DNA of 41,905 bases from Bacteroidales bacterium (GTDB lineage: Bacteria; Bacteroidota; Bacteroidia; Bacteroidales; Prolixibacteraceae): positions 1-41,905 of the forward strand of contig JBBQJE010000001.1 of assembly GCA_038325635.1 (NCBI GenBank), given 5' to 3'. Both the position numbers and the translations under genes were made by a program. This document shows positions 1 to 9,215 of the stretch, in pieces; position 1 is the first letter of the stretch, and every line of letters begins with the position of its first letter. The notes under the pieces were generated by a model that was not told the DNA's origin, did not search any database, and was given only the letters and a program-made list of their open reading frames with translations.

Positions 1-676
1 GCTTGACATTTGACCCAATAATAGTGGTTGATCCAATTACAATTCCTGTCCCATGGTCGATTACAAAATACGGACCAATTACGGCTTCCGGATGAATGTC
101 AATTCCAGTCTCCGAGTGAGCCATCTCTGCAATTATCCTTGGAATCAAAGGGATACCAAATTTGTGCAAAGCATGCGCTATTCGATAACTGGAGATAGCC
201 CGAATACCCGGATAACAAAATATTACCTCGCTAACACTGGTTGCGGCCGGATCACCAAGATAGGCTGCTTCTATATCCGTAATCAAAATTTTTCTGAGTT
301 CAGGTAAGGCGGCAATAAAATCTGACGCACAGCTTTCAGCTTCCACTTTTCTGACTTCAAGGTCGGTACTATACTCCTTATCGCAAACAAAGCACAGTCC
401 GGCTAAAAGCTGCTCAGAAAGAAGATGAAATACCTCATCCACCAATACACCCATGTGGTATTGAAAAGCGGTTGCATTAAAATTGATTGATCCGAAATAT
501 CCAGGGAAGATAATCTGCCGAACCTTTTCAACAAATATTTTAAGTTTATCTGTAGAAGGCATTGGTTCACCTGCCCTCTGAGCATGAGAAACCTCACCAA
601 TAGAAGTAATATCGGTCAGCTCTGCTATAGCATCACCGATCGACTTTCTGATTTTTATCTCAGTATGTTCTTTCAT
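1..676 (-). CDS. cysE: serine O-acetyltransferase, C-terminus cut by the window edge
   Basis: Absent from the ORF track because it runs off the window. My minus-strand translation from the ATG (plus 674-676) reads MKEHTEIKIRKSIGDAIAEL...YLGDPAATSVSEVIFCYPGIRAISSYRIAHALHKFGIPLIPRIIAEMAHSETGIDIHPEAVIGPYFVIDHGTGIVIGSTTIIGSNVK. This is a SATase helical N-domain followed by hexapeptide-repeat beta-helix. Confidence 0.75.
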   Translation of the reverse strand, partial: MKEHTEIKIRKSIGDAIAELTDITSIGEVSHAQRAGEPMPSTDKLKIFVEKVRQIIFPGYFGSINFNATAFQYHMGVLVDEVFHLLSEQLLAGLCFVCDKEYSTDLEVRKVEAESCASDFIAALPELRKILITDIEAAYLGDPAATSVSEVIFCYPGIRAISSYRIAHALHKFGIPLIPRIIAEMAHSETGIDIHPEAVIGPYFVIDHGTGIVIGSTTIIGSNVK

Positions 677-731
677 CTTTTATGTATTAATAGGGTATCA
701 TAGAATTAAACGAGATCAAACCCCAAAAAGT

Positions 732-1271
732 TTATTCGATGTTATATGATTTTAAAATATTGAGCGCATTTTGTAATCTAACCTCCCCAAGACCTTCAAT
801 AATTTCATAGTTGAACCCAAATAATTCAATTTCATTGCAGTATCTCTCAAACAAACGATTTCGCATCTCGCCCCCATTCTCTCTAACAGGATCAGCAATC
901 CAAGGTACATCAGGACTGCAAACAAGGAAAAGATCAATATTTGAAGCTGAGATGTACGAATTAATCCAAGAAGGAGATGTGCCATAAACAACTTCAAACC
1001 ATACTTTCGTCAGGATCAACCAGGTATCAAACACAAAAATCCCCTTTGGGTTTGCTTTGGTAATTCTATTTTCCATACGAATCTGATACTGTGCAATAGT
1101 TTCAATATCCTTAGAGGTATATGGCCTATTAAGATTTTCAATATAATTTCGGGCATATTCCGGAATCCATTCCGCATTTAATTTTAATGCAAGAGATTCA
1201 GAAAGAGTGGTTTTACCTGTCGATTCTGGACCTGTAATAACAATTTTCTTTAGACCGATATCTTCACCCAT
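732..1271 (-). CDS. NadR-type AAA ATPase (ribosylnicotinamide-kinase-like domain only)
   Basis: 179 aa with P-loop GPESTGKTT. Similar to the C-terminal kinase domain of NadR. It overlaps the upstream pnuC end by 22 nt, which suggests coupling. Confidence 0.7.
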   Translation of the reverse strand: MGEDIGLKKIVITGPESTGKTTLSESLALKLNAEWIPEYARNYIENLNRPYTSKDIETIAQYQIRMENRITKANPKGIFVFDTWLILTKVWFEVVYGTSPSWINSYISASNIDLFLVCSPDVPWIADPVRENGGEMRNRLFERYCNEIELFGFNYEIIEGLGEVRLQNALNILKSYNIE

Positions 1272-1855
1272 TTTTCAGGATTAATTTCTTTTCGCCATTC
1301 GTAATATCCATATATTGCCAATACTGCGTAGACGAAGAACAATATTGTAGTCAGATACAACTCCTTGTAGGCAAAAAGACCTATTGATATGGTATCAACA
1401 AGTACCCACAACAGCCAGTGTTCTATTTTTTTCTTAGCAAGCATCCACGTAGCTACGATACTCAATGCGGTGGTAATGGCATCCAGTAATGGCACAGGAG
1501 AATCCGTGTAATTCATTAATATATAAGCAATAACAGCAAATAATAGGACGGAGGCCACCGAAATCTTGATCCAAGTTGATAAATCAGTTTTGGTAACCGA
1601 AAGTGTATTCCCTGCCGCACTACCATGAAGCCAGCACCACCAACCGTATATACTTATGGCAACATAATAAAACTGCAGAGACATATCTGCATAAATTTTA
1701 GAGGAAAAAAAGACAACTATATAAAATAATGCATTAAGGATACCTACCGGCCAAGTCAGAAAATGTTGCCGAATAGAAAATCCTATGTATAGGAACCCTG
1801 TTATAGTTCCACAAACCTCGACATAATTAAAAATAATCCATTGGTAAATTGTCAT
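1250..1855 (-). CDS. pnuC: PnuC-family nicotinamide riboside transporter
   Basis: 201 aa, about 7 TM helices, W-rich PnuC-like motifs (YGWWCW, YGYYEW). Adjacent to a NadR-type kinase. Confidence 0.8.
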   Translation of the reverse strand: MTIYQWIIFNYVEVCGTITGFLYIGFSIRQHFLTWPVGILNALFYIVVFFSSKIYADMSLQFYYVAISIYGWWCWLHGSAAGNTLSVTKTDLSTWIKISVASVLLFAVIAYILMNYTDSPVPLLDAITTALSIVATWMLAKKKIEHWLLWVLVDTISIGLFAYKELYLTTILFFVYAVLAIYGYYEWRKEINPEKWVKISV

Positions 1856-1884
1856 AGCATCAAGCTATCAGATAATTTTTAGGC

Positions 1885-3528
1885 TCACTTATTTAGATAA
1901 CGTGCATAAGCCTTTGGATCCGAAAGCACTTCAATGGCCTTTTTCACTTCATCATCGTCCTCAACCAATATCTTGAAATAATCTCCAGGTTCATATAAAT
2001 CACGGGCAATCAACGCTCTAATCTGTCTAAAGATAACGTTTTGCATTAACTTCAAACTTTCCTCCTCTCTTTTAACCCCGGACTTTTCGCCCAATGCCAT
2101 CAAATCATTCAATACAGTAGGAGAAACAACAAATTTATTTTTAAAGTTTTGAAAATTAGGGTATTTAACGAGTAACTGTTCCCTTTGCTGATCAATGAAG
2201 CTAATCACATAAGGGAAGAAAATATTTTTCCTGACCAAGTTATTGAAGTACTTATAATGTATTGAAGTATCAAGTGGCACAAAGATATCAGGGACGATCC
2301 CACCGCCACTAAAAACCTTCCTCTTTGTAACCAAGGTATTAGTCATTAGTGAATCAGCATACAAAATACTATCCTTACTAAATAACTCTCCATGCTCATA
2401 CCGCTTCAAATAATCATTTCTGTAATTTTCCAAATTATCTTTGTACGGTTTCTGAATATTTCTTCCTGCCGGGGTATAATAATGGGCCGTTGTAAGTCGA
2501 ATCATAGAACCATCGTTTAAGGCAAATGGCTGTTGAACTAATCCCTTCCCAAAAGATCTTCTGCCAATGAGCACTCCCCTATCCCAATCCTGAATAGCAC
2601 CCGAAACAATTTCAGATGCGGAAGCAGTCCCCTCGTCGATGAGTATAACTAAATTTCCCTTTAAAAAATCCCCATTTGTACTTGATCGGTAGTCCTTCCT
2701 CGGACTATGTATTCCCTCCGTATACACGATTAATTTATTTGCCTCCAGAAACTGATTAGCCAACTCGTAGGCAGCGCCAAGGTATCCTCCTCCATTTCCA
2801 CGCAAATCCAATATCAGATTTCTAATCTTTTCTTGTTTTCCGAGGTTTTTCATGGCCGCCAAATACTCTTCAATAGTAGTTGCTGAAAATCTGTTCAACT
2901 TAATATAGGCTGTTTCTTTGTTAAGAAGAAATGATGCATCCAGGCTATAAATCGGAATCTTATCCCTGATAATTGTAAAATCAAGGGGTGCCGCTTCTCC
3001 TTTTCTTAGAATCTTCAGATTAACTGTAGTACCTTTATTTCCGCGAAGAAAGCCAAATACATCCTGCGATTTAATTCCAATTGAAGCAATATTTTTCGCA
3101 TCAACCTTGATAATCCGATCACCAGGACGCAGTCCAACTTTTTCCGAAGGGCCGCCTGGGATGGTAGTCATCACGATCAAAGTATCCTGAATAATATTGA
3201 ATGAGATTCCAATACCTTCAAAGTTACCTTCCAAGGGCTGATTCATCTCTTCAACTTCACTCTTGGTAATATATACACTGTGAGGATCGAGTTTCCCCAG
3301 CAGATCCACGATTGCGTTTTCTGTTAACTTTTCTACGTTGGCTGTGTCGACATAGAATGCATCAACCAATCTAAGTACTCTGCCAAATTTAACCGCCTGG
3401 CTTTGGATATCCTGGCCTGAAACACATAATGATAAAAACAACGAAAAAACGGTGAATATCACACCATTAGAAACCCGATAAATAGTATTCTTCACTTTTG
3501 GAAATAAATAGGATAACAAATTAAGCAT
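1885..3528 (-). CDS. S41 family carboxy-terminal processing peptidase (PDZ domain)
   Basis: 547 aa with an N-terminal signal/anchor, a PDZ-like segment (GLRPGDRIIKVD) and an S41 catalytic region (DLRGNGGG...ASASEI). Confidence 0.85.
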   Translation of the reverse strand: MLNLLSYLFPKVKNTIYRVSNGVIFTVFSLFLSLCVSGQDIQSQAVKFGRVLRLVDAFYVDTANVEKLTENAIVDLLGKLDPHSVYITKSEVEEMNQPLEGNFEGIGISFNIIQDTLIVMTTIPGGPSEKVGLRPGDRIIKVDAKNIASIGIKSQDVFGFLRGNKGTTVNLKILRKGEAAPLDFTIIRDKIPIYSLDASFLLNKETAYIKLNRFSATTIEEYLAAMKNLGKQEKIRNLILDLRGNGGGYLGAAYELANQFLEANKLIVYTEGIHSPRKDYRSSTNGDFLKGNLVILIDEGTASASEIVSGAIQDWDRGVLIGRRSFGKGLVQQPFALNDGSMIRLTTAHYYTPAGRNIQKPYKDNLENYRNDYLKRYEHGELFSKDSILYADSLMTNTLVTKRKVFSGGGIVPDIFVPLDTSIHYKYFNNLVRKNIFFPYVISFIDQQREQLLVKYPNFQNFKNKFVVSPTVLNDLMALGEKSGVKREEESLKLMQNVIFRQIRALIARDLYEPGDYFKILVEDDDEVKKAIEVLSDPKAYARYLNK

Positions 3529-3621
3529 AAATCATTACTATAGTACTCGAAGTGTCAAAGATAAGAAGTTATCTGAACTTAATTCTGAGCAGTAAGAAAG
3601 GAACTCTTGCTTGAATCGGAT

Positions 3622-3673
3622 AAAAAAGAAATGGTCTGTAATTCCATGAAGAATTGCAGACCATTTCTTTTTT
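3622..3673 (-). terminator. hairpin terminator downstream of the NMO-family gene (could act bidirectionally)
   Basis: Perfect 17-bp arms aaaaaagaaatggtctg (3622-3638) and cagaccatttctttttt (3657-3673). A/T runs are built into both ends. It starts 11 nt past the stop codon at 3684. Confidence 0.6.
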
Positions 3674-3683
3674 ACATTTGGTA

Positions 3684-4778
3684 TTACACGGAAAGTGCAA
3701 ATTTCACATTCACGGCCATTTTATATTCATCCATCAAGGTATTGAACAACTCTTTTACCGAAATAATTTTATCTGTTTTCCAAACATTGCTTCCGGCAAA
3801 TGCGTATCCATTTCTAAAATTTCCCCGCAAAGCAGAAGCCAAGGAGGCCATTATACAATAAGGAGCAGTAGCAATATCGCACGTTTTCACACAATTGACA
3901 GGGCAAACAGTAGGACGTCTCTTTCCACTATCAACATCATCGAGGAAAGAACAGCTTATTGCGCGTCCAGGCATTCCTACCGGACTCTTTATTATTCTTA
4001 CATCACCTTCTTTTGCTTCAATGTAGGCTTGTTTGAATCCTTCTGAGGCATCGCATTCTGTAGTCGTCACAAACCGAGTGCCCATTTGAACTCCGGAAGC
4101 ACCCTTATCCAAAATCATAGCTATATCCTCCCCGGTATAAATACCACCAGCGGCAATAACAGGAATTTGTTTTCCGTATTTTTCGCCAAACTCATTGGCA
4201 ACCGCCACAACCTCTTCAAGGATGTTTTCAAGAGAATAGTTTTCATCAAAAATCTGATCCATCTTAAATCCCAGATGACCTCCAGCCTTTGGCCCTTCCA
4301 CAACGATAGCATCAGGTAAGTAATCATAATTAGTGTGCCATTTATTGCAAATCAGCGCAGCGGCCCTACCTGACGACACAATTGGCACAAGTTTTGTCTC
4401 TGAGTCAGGGCTTAAAAATTTAGGAAGATCCAAGGGAAGACCAGCTCCGGAAAAAATGATATTAACTTTTTCTCTAATAGAAGTAGTAACTAAATCCGCA
4501 TAATTGGACAAAGCAACCATGATATTTACGCCCAATACACCCTGAGATTTTTCGCGAGTTTTACGGATCTCCTGAGTCAACCCAAATATACAGTTCTTCA
4601 AATAGTCGGCTGAATGATCCTTGTATAAAAATCCAATTCCGGCAGGAGATATTACACCAACTCCACCTTCATTAGCAACAGCAGAAGCGAGTCCTGATAG
4701 AGAGACCCCTACTCCCATTCCTCCCTGAATAATAGGAAATTTAATTTTTAGTCCTCCAATGTTTAGTCCCTTCATCAT
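3684..4778 (-). CDS. nitronate monooxygenase family / FabK-like NAD(P)H-dependent flavin oxidoreductase
   Basis: 364 aa. N-terminus FPIIQGGMGVGVS and TIM-barrel FMN motifs (VIAAGGI, GASGVQMGTRF) are typical of the NMO/FabK family. Confidence 0.8.
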   Translation of the reverse strand: MMKGLNIGGLKIKFPIIQGGMGVGVSLSGLASAVANEGGVGVISPAGIGFLYKDHSADYLKNCIFGLTQEIRKTREKSQGVLGVNIMVALSNYADLVTTSIREKVNIIFSGAGLPLDLPKFLSPDSETKLVPIVSSGRAAALICNKWHTNYDYLPDAIVVEGPKAGGHLGFKMDQIFDENYSLENILEEVVAVANEFGEKYGKQIPVIAAGGIYTGEDIAMILDKGASGVQMGTRFVTTTECDASEGFKQAYIEAKEGDVRIIKSPVGMPGRAISCSFLDDVDSGKRRPTVCPVNCVKTCDIATAPYCIMASLASALRGNFRNGYAFAGSNVWKTDKIISVKELFNTLMDEYKMAVNVKFALSV

Positions 4779-4951
4779 TTATAGCTTTAATCTATAATCT
4801 TTAAAATAATAACAGCACAATGGTAGGAATAGAAATTTTATCCGCCAAAAAAATGGGTTATGCGGCCAAAAAATGGTTGAAAACAGTATGTTTTGGGACG
4901 AAATACACTATTCATGGGATGAATTGCATTGACTAAAAGTTGAAAAATCGG

Positions 4952-5812
4952 TTAGCTTAGCCTTACTTTGAAAATTTGGATCCAGTTACGAGATACTGGA
5001 ATAGTAAAATCAAGCCGATCCATTTCCAAATGGTATCCATTGGCTGATCTTTTCAATTTGGTCACCTTGTTAATATTGACCATCCAGCATCGATGGCATT
5101 TAAGCATAATATCAGAAGATTCCAATGCTTTCTCAACATTAGTAAATGATTGTCTGAATAGCCTTTTCCGAACAGCTTGTTTTCTGTCTATCCAATAAAT
5201 TTCAACATAATTACCGGAAGAGTGAATCAAGATAACACGTTCAACTTCTTCGGCAAAAGCTTGCTTTTTATTCTCTGCAACTAAGAGGACAGATTCGTGA
5301 TCCGGAACGCTCTGAAAGGCATTGATTTCGTCTTTTAACCAACTTTTTCCAGAATCGATCATATCAACTACCTTCATCCTCATGGATAAGTTATAGCTGA
5401 TCAAATTGAATAAAATAAGAGGCAATAGTGAAAGAGCTCCGGTTCTAAAAAATGGAAGATCGGTATAGGATATTGTTTTCGCAAACCATGCCATAAGTGT
5501 AAAAAGTGCAAATAGATTTGAGAACATCCAAACATTCCAAATTAATTCTTTCCGGATAGTCCACTTAGCCGGGTCAAAAAGTTTTGGAAACATTCCCGGA
5601 AGAATCAATGTATTGAGAAAAAGTGTAGCTGCAGTCAGCAGTCCCGTGCCGAGAACAAAATAACCATCATTCTCAGACTTTAAAAAATTTATTCCCAACG
5701 GTTGAATATATAATACAATGAGAATAAAACCCATACTCACCAGTAATATTGTTCGAGCATTGTGTTTAAAGTTATTATTGAACTGATATGGTTGATTTAA
5801 ATTCTCAAACAT
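4952..5812 (-). CDS. membrane-anchored LytTR-domain DNA-binding protein
   Basis: 286 aa. About 4 N-terminal TM helices, then a LytTR-like C-terminus (SSGNYVEIYW...CHRCWMVNINKV). Confidence 0.7.
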   Translation of the reverse strand: MFENLNQPYQFNNNFKHNARTILLVSMGFILIVLYIQPLGINFLKSENDGYFVLGTGLLTAATLFLNTLILPGMFPKLFDPAKWTIRKELIWNVWMFSNLFALFTLMAWFAKTISYTDLPFFRTGALSLLPLILFNLISYNLSMRMKVVDMIDSGKSWLKDEINAFQSVPDHESVLLVAENKKQAFAEEVERVILIHSSGNYVEIYWIDRKQAVRKRLFRQSFTNVEKALESSDIMLKCHRCWMVNINKVTKLKRSANGYHLEMDRLDFTIPVSRNWIQIFKVRLS

Positions 5813-5940
5813 GCCTTTGTTAACTTATTACTATTGAATAAAGAATATCATTCAAATTCTATAAACAGATTACAGTAGAAAAGGTTACAGAATACGGAAA
5901 TATACTTCGTTATTTTGAAAAGATCAGCTACTTTGCCTAA

Positions 5941-5977
5941 AAAATGCAAAAGCCTCGGAGAGTAACTCCGAGGCTTT
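5941..5977 (-). terminator. rho-independent terminator after the tRNA-Asp pair
   Basis: 12-bp stem aaagcctcggag (5949-5960) / ctccgaggcttt (5966-5977) with loop agtaa. On the minus strand it is followed by TTTTGCATTTT. Confidence 0.7.
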
Positions 5978-5978
5978 G

Positions 5979-6052
5979 CGGTCTGGACGGGACTCGAACC
6001 CGCGACCCCCTGCGTGACAGGCAGGTATTCTAACCAACTGAACTACCAAACC
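5979..6052 (-). tRNA. tRNA-Asp (anticodon GTC), copy 1
   Basis: The minus strand reads GGTTTGGTAGTTCAGTTGGTTAGAATACCTGCCTGTCACGCAGGGGGTCGCGGGTTCGAGTCCCGTCCAGACCG. It folds as a cloverleaf with a 7-bp acceptor stem, anticodon loop CTGTCAC and T-loop TTCGAGT. No CCA is encoded. Confidence 0.9.
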
Positions 6053-6074
6053 AAATAATTAAGAACTTTGAATG

Positions 6075-6148
6075 CGGTCTGGACGGGACTCGAACCCGCG
6101 ACCCCCTGCGTGACAGGCAGGTATTCTAACCAACTGAACTACCAAACC
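6075..6148 (-). tRNA. tRNA-Asp (anticodon GTC), copy 2
   Basis: 74 nt identical to copy 1, separated from it by a 22-nt spacer. Confidence 0.9.
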
Positions 6149-6198
6149 AAGTTCTAAAAGGATCTCCTTTTCAATAAAGAGCTTCCTTAAAAGCTGTG

Positions 6199-6206
6199 CA
6201 AATATA
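6199..6206 (-). promoter_or_regulatory. candidate Bacteroidota -7 promoter element for the tRNA-Asp pair
   Basis: The minus strand reads TATATTTG, which fits TAnnTTTG, about 50 nt upstream of the first tRNA 5' end. I found no clear -33 TTTG. Confidence 0.3.
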
Positions 6207-6299
6207 CGACTTGTTTTGTATATCTGCAATGGACTTTCAATAAAAATAGAAATACATGAAGACAGAAGCTACCAAACTGATTACCAGAAATAAACAAAA

Positions 6300-6848
6300 T
6301 TACCCGATGGCGGAAGGCTGAAAAAATGAAAAATGGACACTTCCATAAACTCTTTGCTGAACTAAATTCGGATGTGAAGCAAAATTGTCTGTCTTGCCAT
6401 GTTCCAGAATAAGCAAACCATCCGCATTAATTAGTTTGTGTTTCAGAATAAGATCGGGTATTTCCTTAAGGGATTTCATCTCATACGGTGGATCGGCGAA
6501 TATTAAATCGTAGGTTTCGGTACAACTTGGAATAAACTTAAGTACATCATATCTTAAAAGACGGATAACCCCTTCCATCTTAAGCTGTTTGATTACCGAG
6601 GAGATAAATGCATAATGGACATGGTCCATCTCAACAGTTGTAACTGACTGGCATCCTCTTGAAACAAATTCGAAAGAAATGCTGCCGGTTCCCGCAAATA
6701 AATCAAGAACCTTTGTGTCTTCAAAGTCGATCCTGTTGTTAAGGATATTAAACAGATTTTCTTTAGCAAAATCTGTTGTTGGTCTCGCCTTAAAGTTCTT
6801 TCCCGGTTTAAAAAGACGTCCTTTTAATTCCCCTCCGATTATTCGCAT
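6300..6848 (-). CDS. rsmD: 16S rRNA (guanine966-N2)-methyltransferase
   Basis: 182 aa. MRIIGGELKGR start, SAM motif LDLFAGTGS and catalytic FADPPY. Confidence 0.85.
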   Translation of the reverse strand: MRIIGGELKGRLFKPGKNFKARPTTDFAKENLFNILNNRIDFEDTKVLDLFAGTGSISFEFVSRGCQSVTTVEMDHVHYAFISSVIKQLKMEGVIRLLRYDVLKFIPSCTETYDLIFADPPYEMKSLKEIPDLILKHKLINADGLLILEHGKTDNFASHPNLVQQRVYGSVHFSFFQPSAIG

Positions 6849-7708
6849 TTGTAGAGATCAAGAAGTGTAGTAAAATAATGGTCAGGTAATTGATTGAAGG
6901 TATAGCTATAATTGAATAGTGAAGTTGGACGTGCGCAACTTAGTTTTCTGACATATTTTTTAAAAGTCTGGTACATCGGATCAGCCTGCTGGAAGAAACC
7001 ATGAAAAACAATTTCTGTTGTATCGGGCGAGAGTTTAAGTTGGTCGAAAACATAGAAGACAAAATAGGTAACATCATCATCACCGGCATAATTAAACTGA
7101 TTACATACCAACAGTTTTGTACCTGACATGACTACTAATTCAAAATAGGATCTGAAAAAATTTAAATGTACCTGTACTCTCTCGGGGAAATTCTTGTTCT
7201 CTTTGAGTCCTCTTTCAACCAATGGGAACAGATTGTGTTTAATAGTAGCTTTTGGGAAAATTAAAGCTAGGTATTCCTTCAAATTTTCAGGAATAGAAAA
7301 AAGGCACCATGCCTCTGCTTTTGGTAGCAGAGTTCGGTCAATAACGTATCCTTTCTCGATTTCATGGTTAAAACTAAAGTATTTTTCTACATAACTATGG
7401 TGGAAAAAGGCTTGTGGCACCAGGGTGAAATTTTCTGTGGCATAAATTATATCGATACTCTTAAATTTCAGTTTAAAGAGTTCTTCCTGACTAATCAACT
7501 CCCGAACATTCATAAAAAGCAATCGTGGGCGCTTAAGAAAAAAATTAGTGGATTTCAATACAGTGTATTTCCCTTTGGGGATATCCATGATTGCAAAAGA
7601 AAATCCGTCCAAGCTTATTTGAATGGATAAATGGTATAAATTACTCTGTTCGTGATCGAAGGATTTGTCGATAAAACAGATATCTTGCATTTGATTATTT
7701 TTTCGCAA
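6839..7708 (-). CDS. DUF3822-like protein (the conserved Bacteroidota partner of rsmD)
   Basis: 289 aa. The motif YHLSIQISLDGFSFAI resembles DUF3822. It overlaps the rsmD start by 10 nt. The true start may be the second Met at 7690. Confidence 0.55.
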   Translation of the reverse strand: MRKNNQMQDICFIDKSFDHEQSNLYHLSIQISLDGFSFAIMDIPKGKYTVLKSTNFFLKRPRLLFMNVRELISQEELFKLKFKSIDIIYATENFTLVPQAFFHHSYVEKYFSFNHEIEKGYVIDRTLLPKAEAWCLFSIPENLKEYLALIFPKATIKHNLFPLVERGLKENKNFPERVQVHLNFFRSYFELVVMSGTKLLVCNQFNYAGDDDVTYFVFYVFDQLKLSPDTTEIVFHGFFQQADPMYQTFKKYVRKLSCARPTSLFNYSYTFNQLPDHYFTTLLDLYKCE

Positions 7709-7727
7709 TAAATTGGTTTAGAAATCA

Positions 7728-7735
7728 CAAATTTA
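7728..7735 (-). promoter_or_regulatory. candidate -7 promoter element for the DUF3822-rsmD operon
   Basis: The minus strand reads TAAATTTG (TAnnTTTG), 20 nt upstream of the ATG at 7708. Confidence 0.35.
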
Positions 7736-7783
7736 GAAAAATTATGCGACTGTTGTGAACAGATCCATAAAATATCGTAACGC

Positions 7784-9208
7784 ATGAAAAATTTTGTCGC
7801 CCAATTAATAGTACAAAAACTGGGGCACGAACCAACGAATGGACAAAAGGAGATGATTGATAAATTATCTGCCTTCGTATCGTCACCTGATTCTGACTCC
7901 CTTTTCTTGTTAAAAGGATATGCAGGAACAGGGAAAACCTCAACAATCAGTGCGTTAGTAAAGGTTTTAGATGAGTTGAAAATAAAATTTGTATTATTGG
8001 CACCAACCGGTCGGGCTGCAAAGGTTCTTTCAAAACAAAGCGGGAAACCAGCATCTACTATTCATAAAAAAATCTACCGACAACAATCCGGTGCTGATGG
8101 GTTGAGTAAATTCTCGCTCGACAGGAATCTGAGTAAAAGCACACTGTTTGTTGTAGACGAAGCATCTATGATCTCGAATTTACCTCAGGATCATAGCGTT
8201 TTTGGCTCTGGTTATCTCCTTTCTGATTTAGTTGAATATATCGGCAGCGGATTTAATTGTAAACTTATAATTTCGGGCGATACCGCTCAACTCCCACCTG
8301 TTGGCCTTTCTATGAGTCCGGCACTGGAAACGGATGAGCTATCACTCTTTGGTATGGAGGTTATTTCCATGGAACTGAGAGAGGTTGTAAGACAATCGGA
8401 AGGCTCCGGAATCTTGGAAAATGCGACTTACATAAGAAACCGAATACTGGAAGATTCACCGACCGGATTCTGGCCCATCAGGATGAACGGTTTTACCGAT
8501 GTGGTAAAACTTGGCGGCGATCAGCTAATAGATGAGATATCGAATTGTTATAACCGCTTTGGCATGGAGGAAACAATTGTCGTTACTCGTTCCAATAAAC
8601 GGGCGAACCTTTTCAATGAGGGAATCCGAAAAACTATTCTTTACCAGGAAGATCAAATTATGAGGGGTGATCTTCTGATGATAGTCAAAAACAACTACCA
8701 TTGGTCTAAACAGATTGAAGAACTTGATTTTATTGCCAATGGCGACATTTCTGAGATAATTCGAATTCAAAAATATGAAGAAAGGTATGGATTTCATTTT
8801 GCCAATGTTGTGTTGCGCTTACTAGATTATCAGGATTTGGAAGTTGAATGCAAAATTCTGCTCGAAACGCTCACAGTTGAAGCTCCGGCGTTATCATCGG
8901 ATGAGAATAAACGGCTGTTTGAAGCTATTTCGGAAGATTATGAAGAAATACGGAACAAAAGGGACAGATGGAAAAAAATACGAGAGGATCCTTACTTTAA
9001 TGCGCTTCAGGTAAAATACTCTTATGCCGTTACTTGTCATAAAGCACAAGGCGGACAATGGAAGGCCGTTTTTCTGGATCATGGCTATTTGACTTCAGAA
9101 ATGATTGACCGGGAGTTTTTACGCTGGTTGTATACAGCATTTACAAGGGCGGAAGAGCGGCTCTACCTTGTAAATTTTCACAAAGAGTTCTATTCTGACT
9201 CGAATTAA
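7784..9208 (+). CDS. RecD/Dda-like SF1 DNA helicase
   Basis: 474 aa. Walker A GYAGTGKTS, Walker B VVDEASM, and C-terminal SF1 motifs YAVTCHKAQGGQW and TAFTRA. Confidence 0.8.
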   Translation: MKNFVAQLIVQKLGHEPTNGQKEMIDKLSAFVSSPDSDSLFLLKGYAGTGKTSTISALVKVLDELKIKFVLLAPTGRAAKVLSKQSGKPASTIHKKIYRQQSGADGLSKFSLDRNLSKSTLFVVDEASMISNLPQDHSVFGSGYLLSDLVEYIGSGFNCKLIISGDTAQLPPVGLSMSPALETDELSLFGMEVISMELREVVRQSEGSGILENATYIRNRILEDSPTGFWPIRMNGFTDVVKLGGDQLIDEISNCYNRFGMEETIVVTRSNKRANLFNEGIRKTILYQEDQIMRGDLLMIVKNNYHWSKQIEELDFIANGDISEIIRIQKYEERYGFHFANVVLRLLDYQDLEVECKILLETLTVEAPALSSDENKRLFEAISEDYEEIRNKRDRWKKIREDPYFNALQVKYSYAVTCHKAQGGQWKAVFLDHGYLTSEMIDREFLRWLYTAFTRAEERLYLVNFHKEFYSDSN

Positions 9209-9215
9209 GGTGGTA

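Noticed and set aside
53-600. Tracked ORFs 53-307 (+) and 403-600 (-)
   Set aside because: Both lie inside or out of frame with the much longer minus-strand serine acetyltransferase reading frame (1-676), which has clear family motifs. They are shadow ORFs.
3607-4327. Plus-strand ORFs 3607-3861, 3654-4046 and 4086-4319, and minus-strand ORF 4121-4327
   Set aside because: All overlap the 364-aa NMO-family gene, either antisense or out of frame. They have no recognisable motifs and low-complexity composition.
4840-4885. Near-duplicate 15-mers CGCCAAAAAAATGGGTT / GGCCAAAAAATGGTT upstream of the NMO-family gene
   Set aside because: They are short, A-run dominated and carry no associated motif I can name. 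This is too weak to call a regulatory site.
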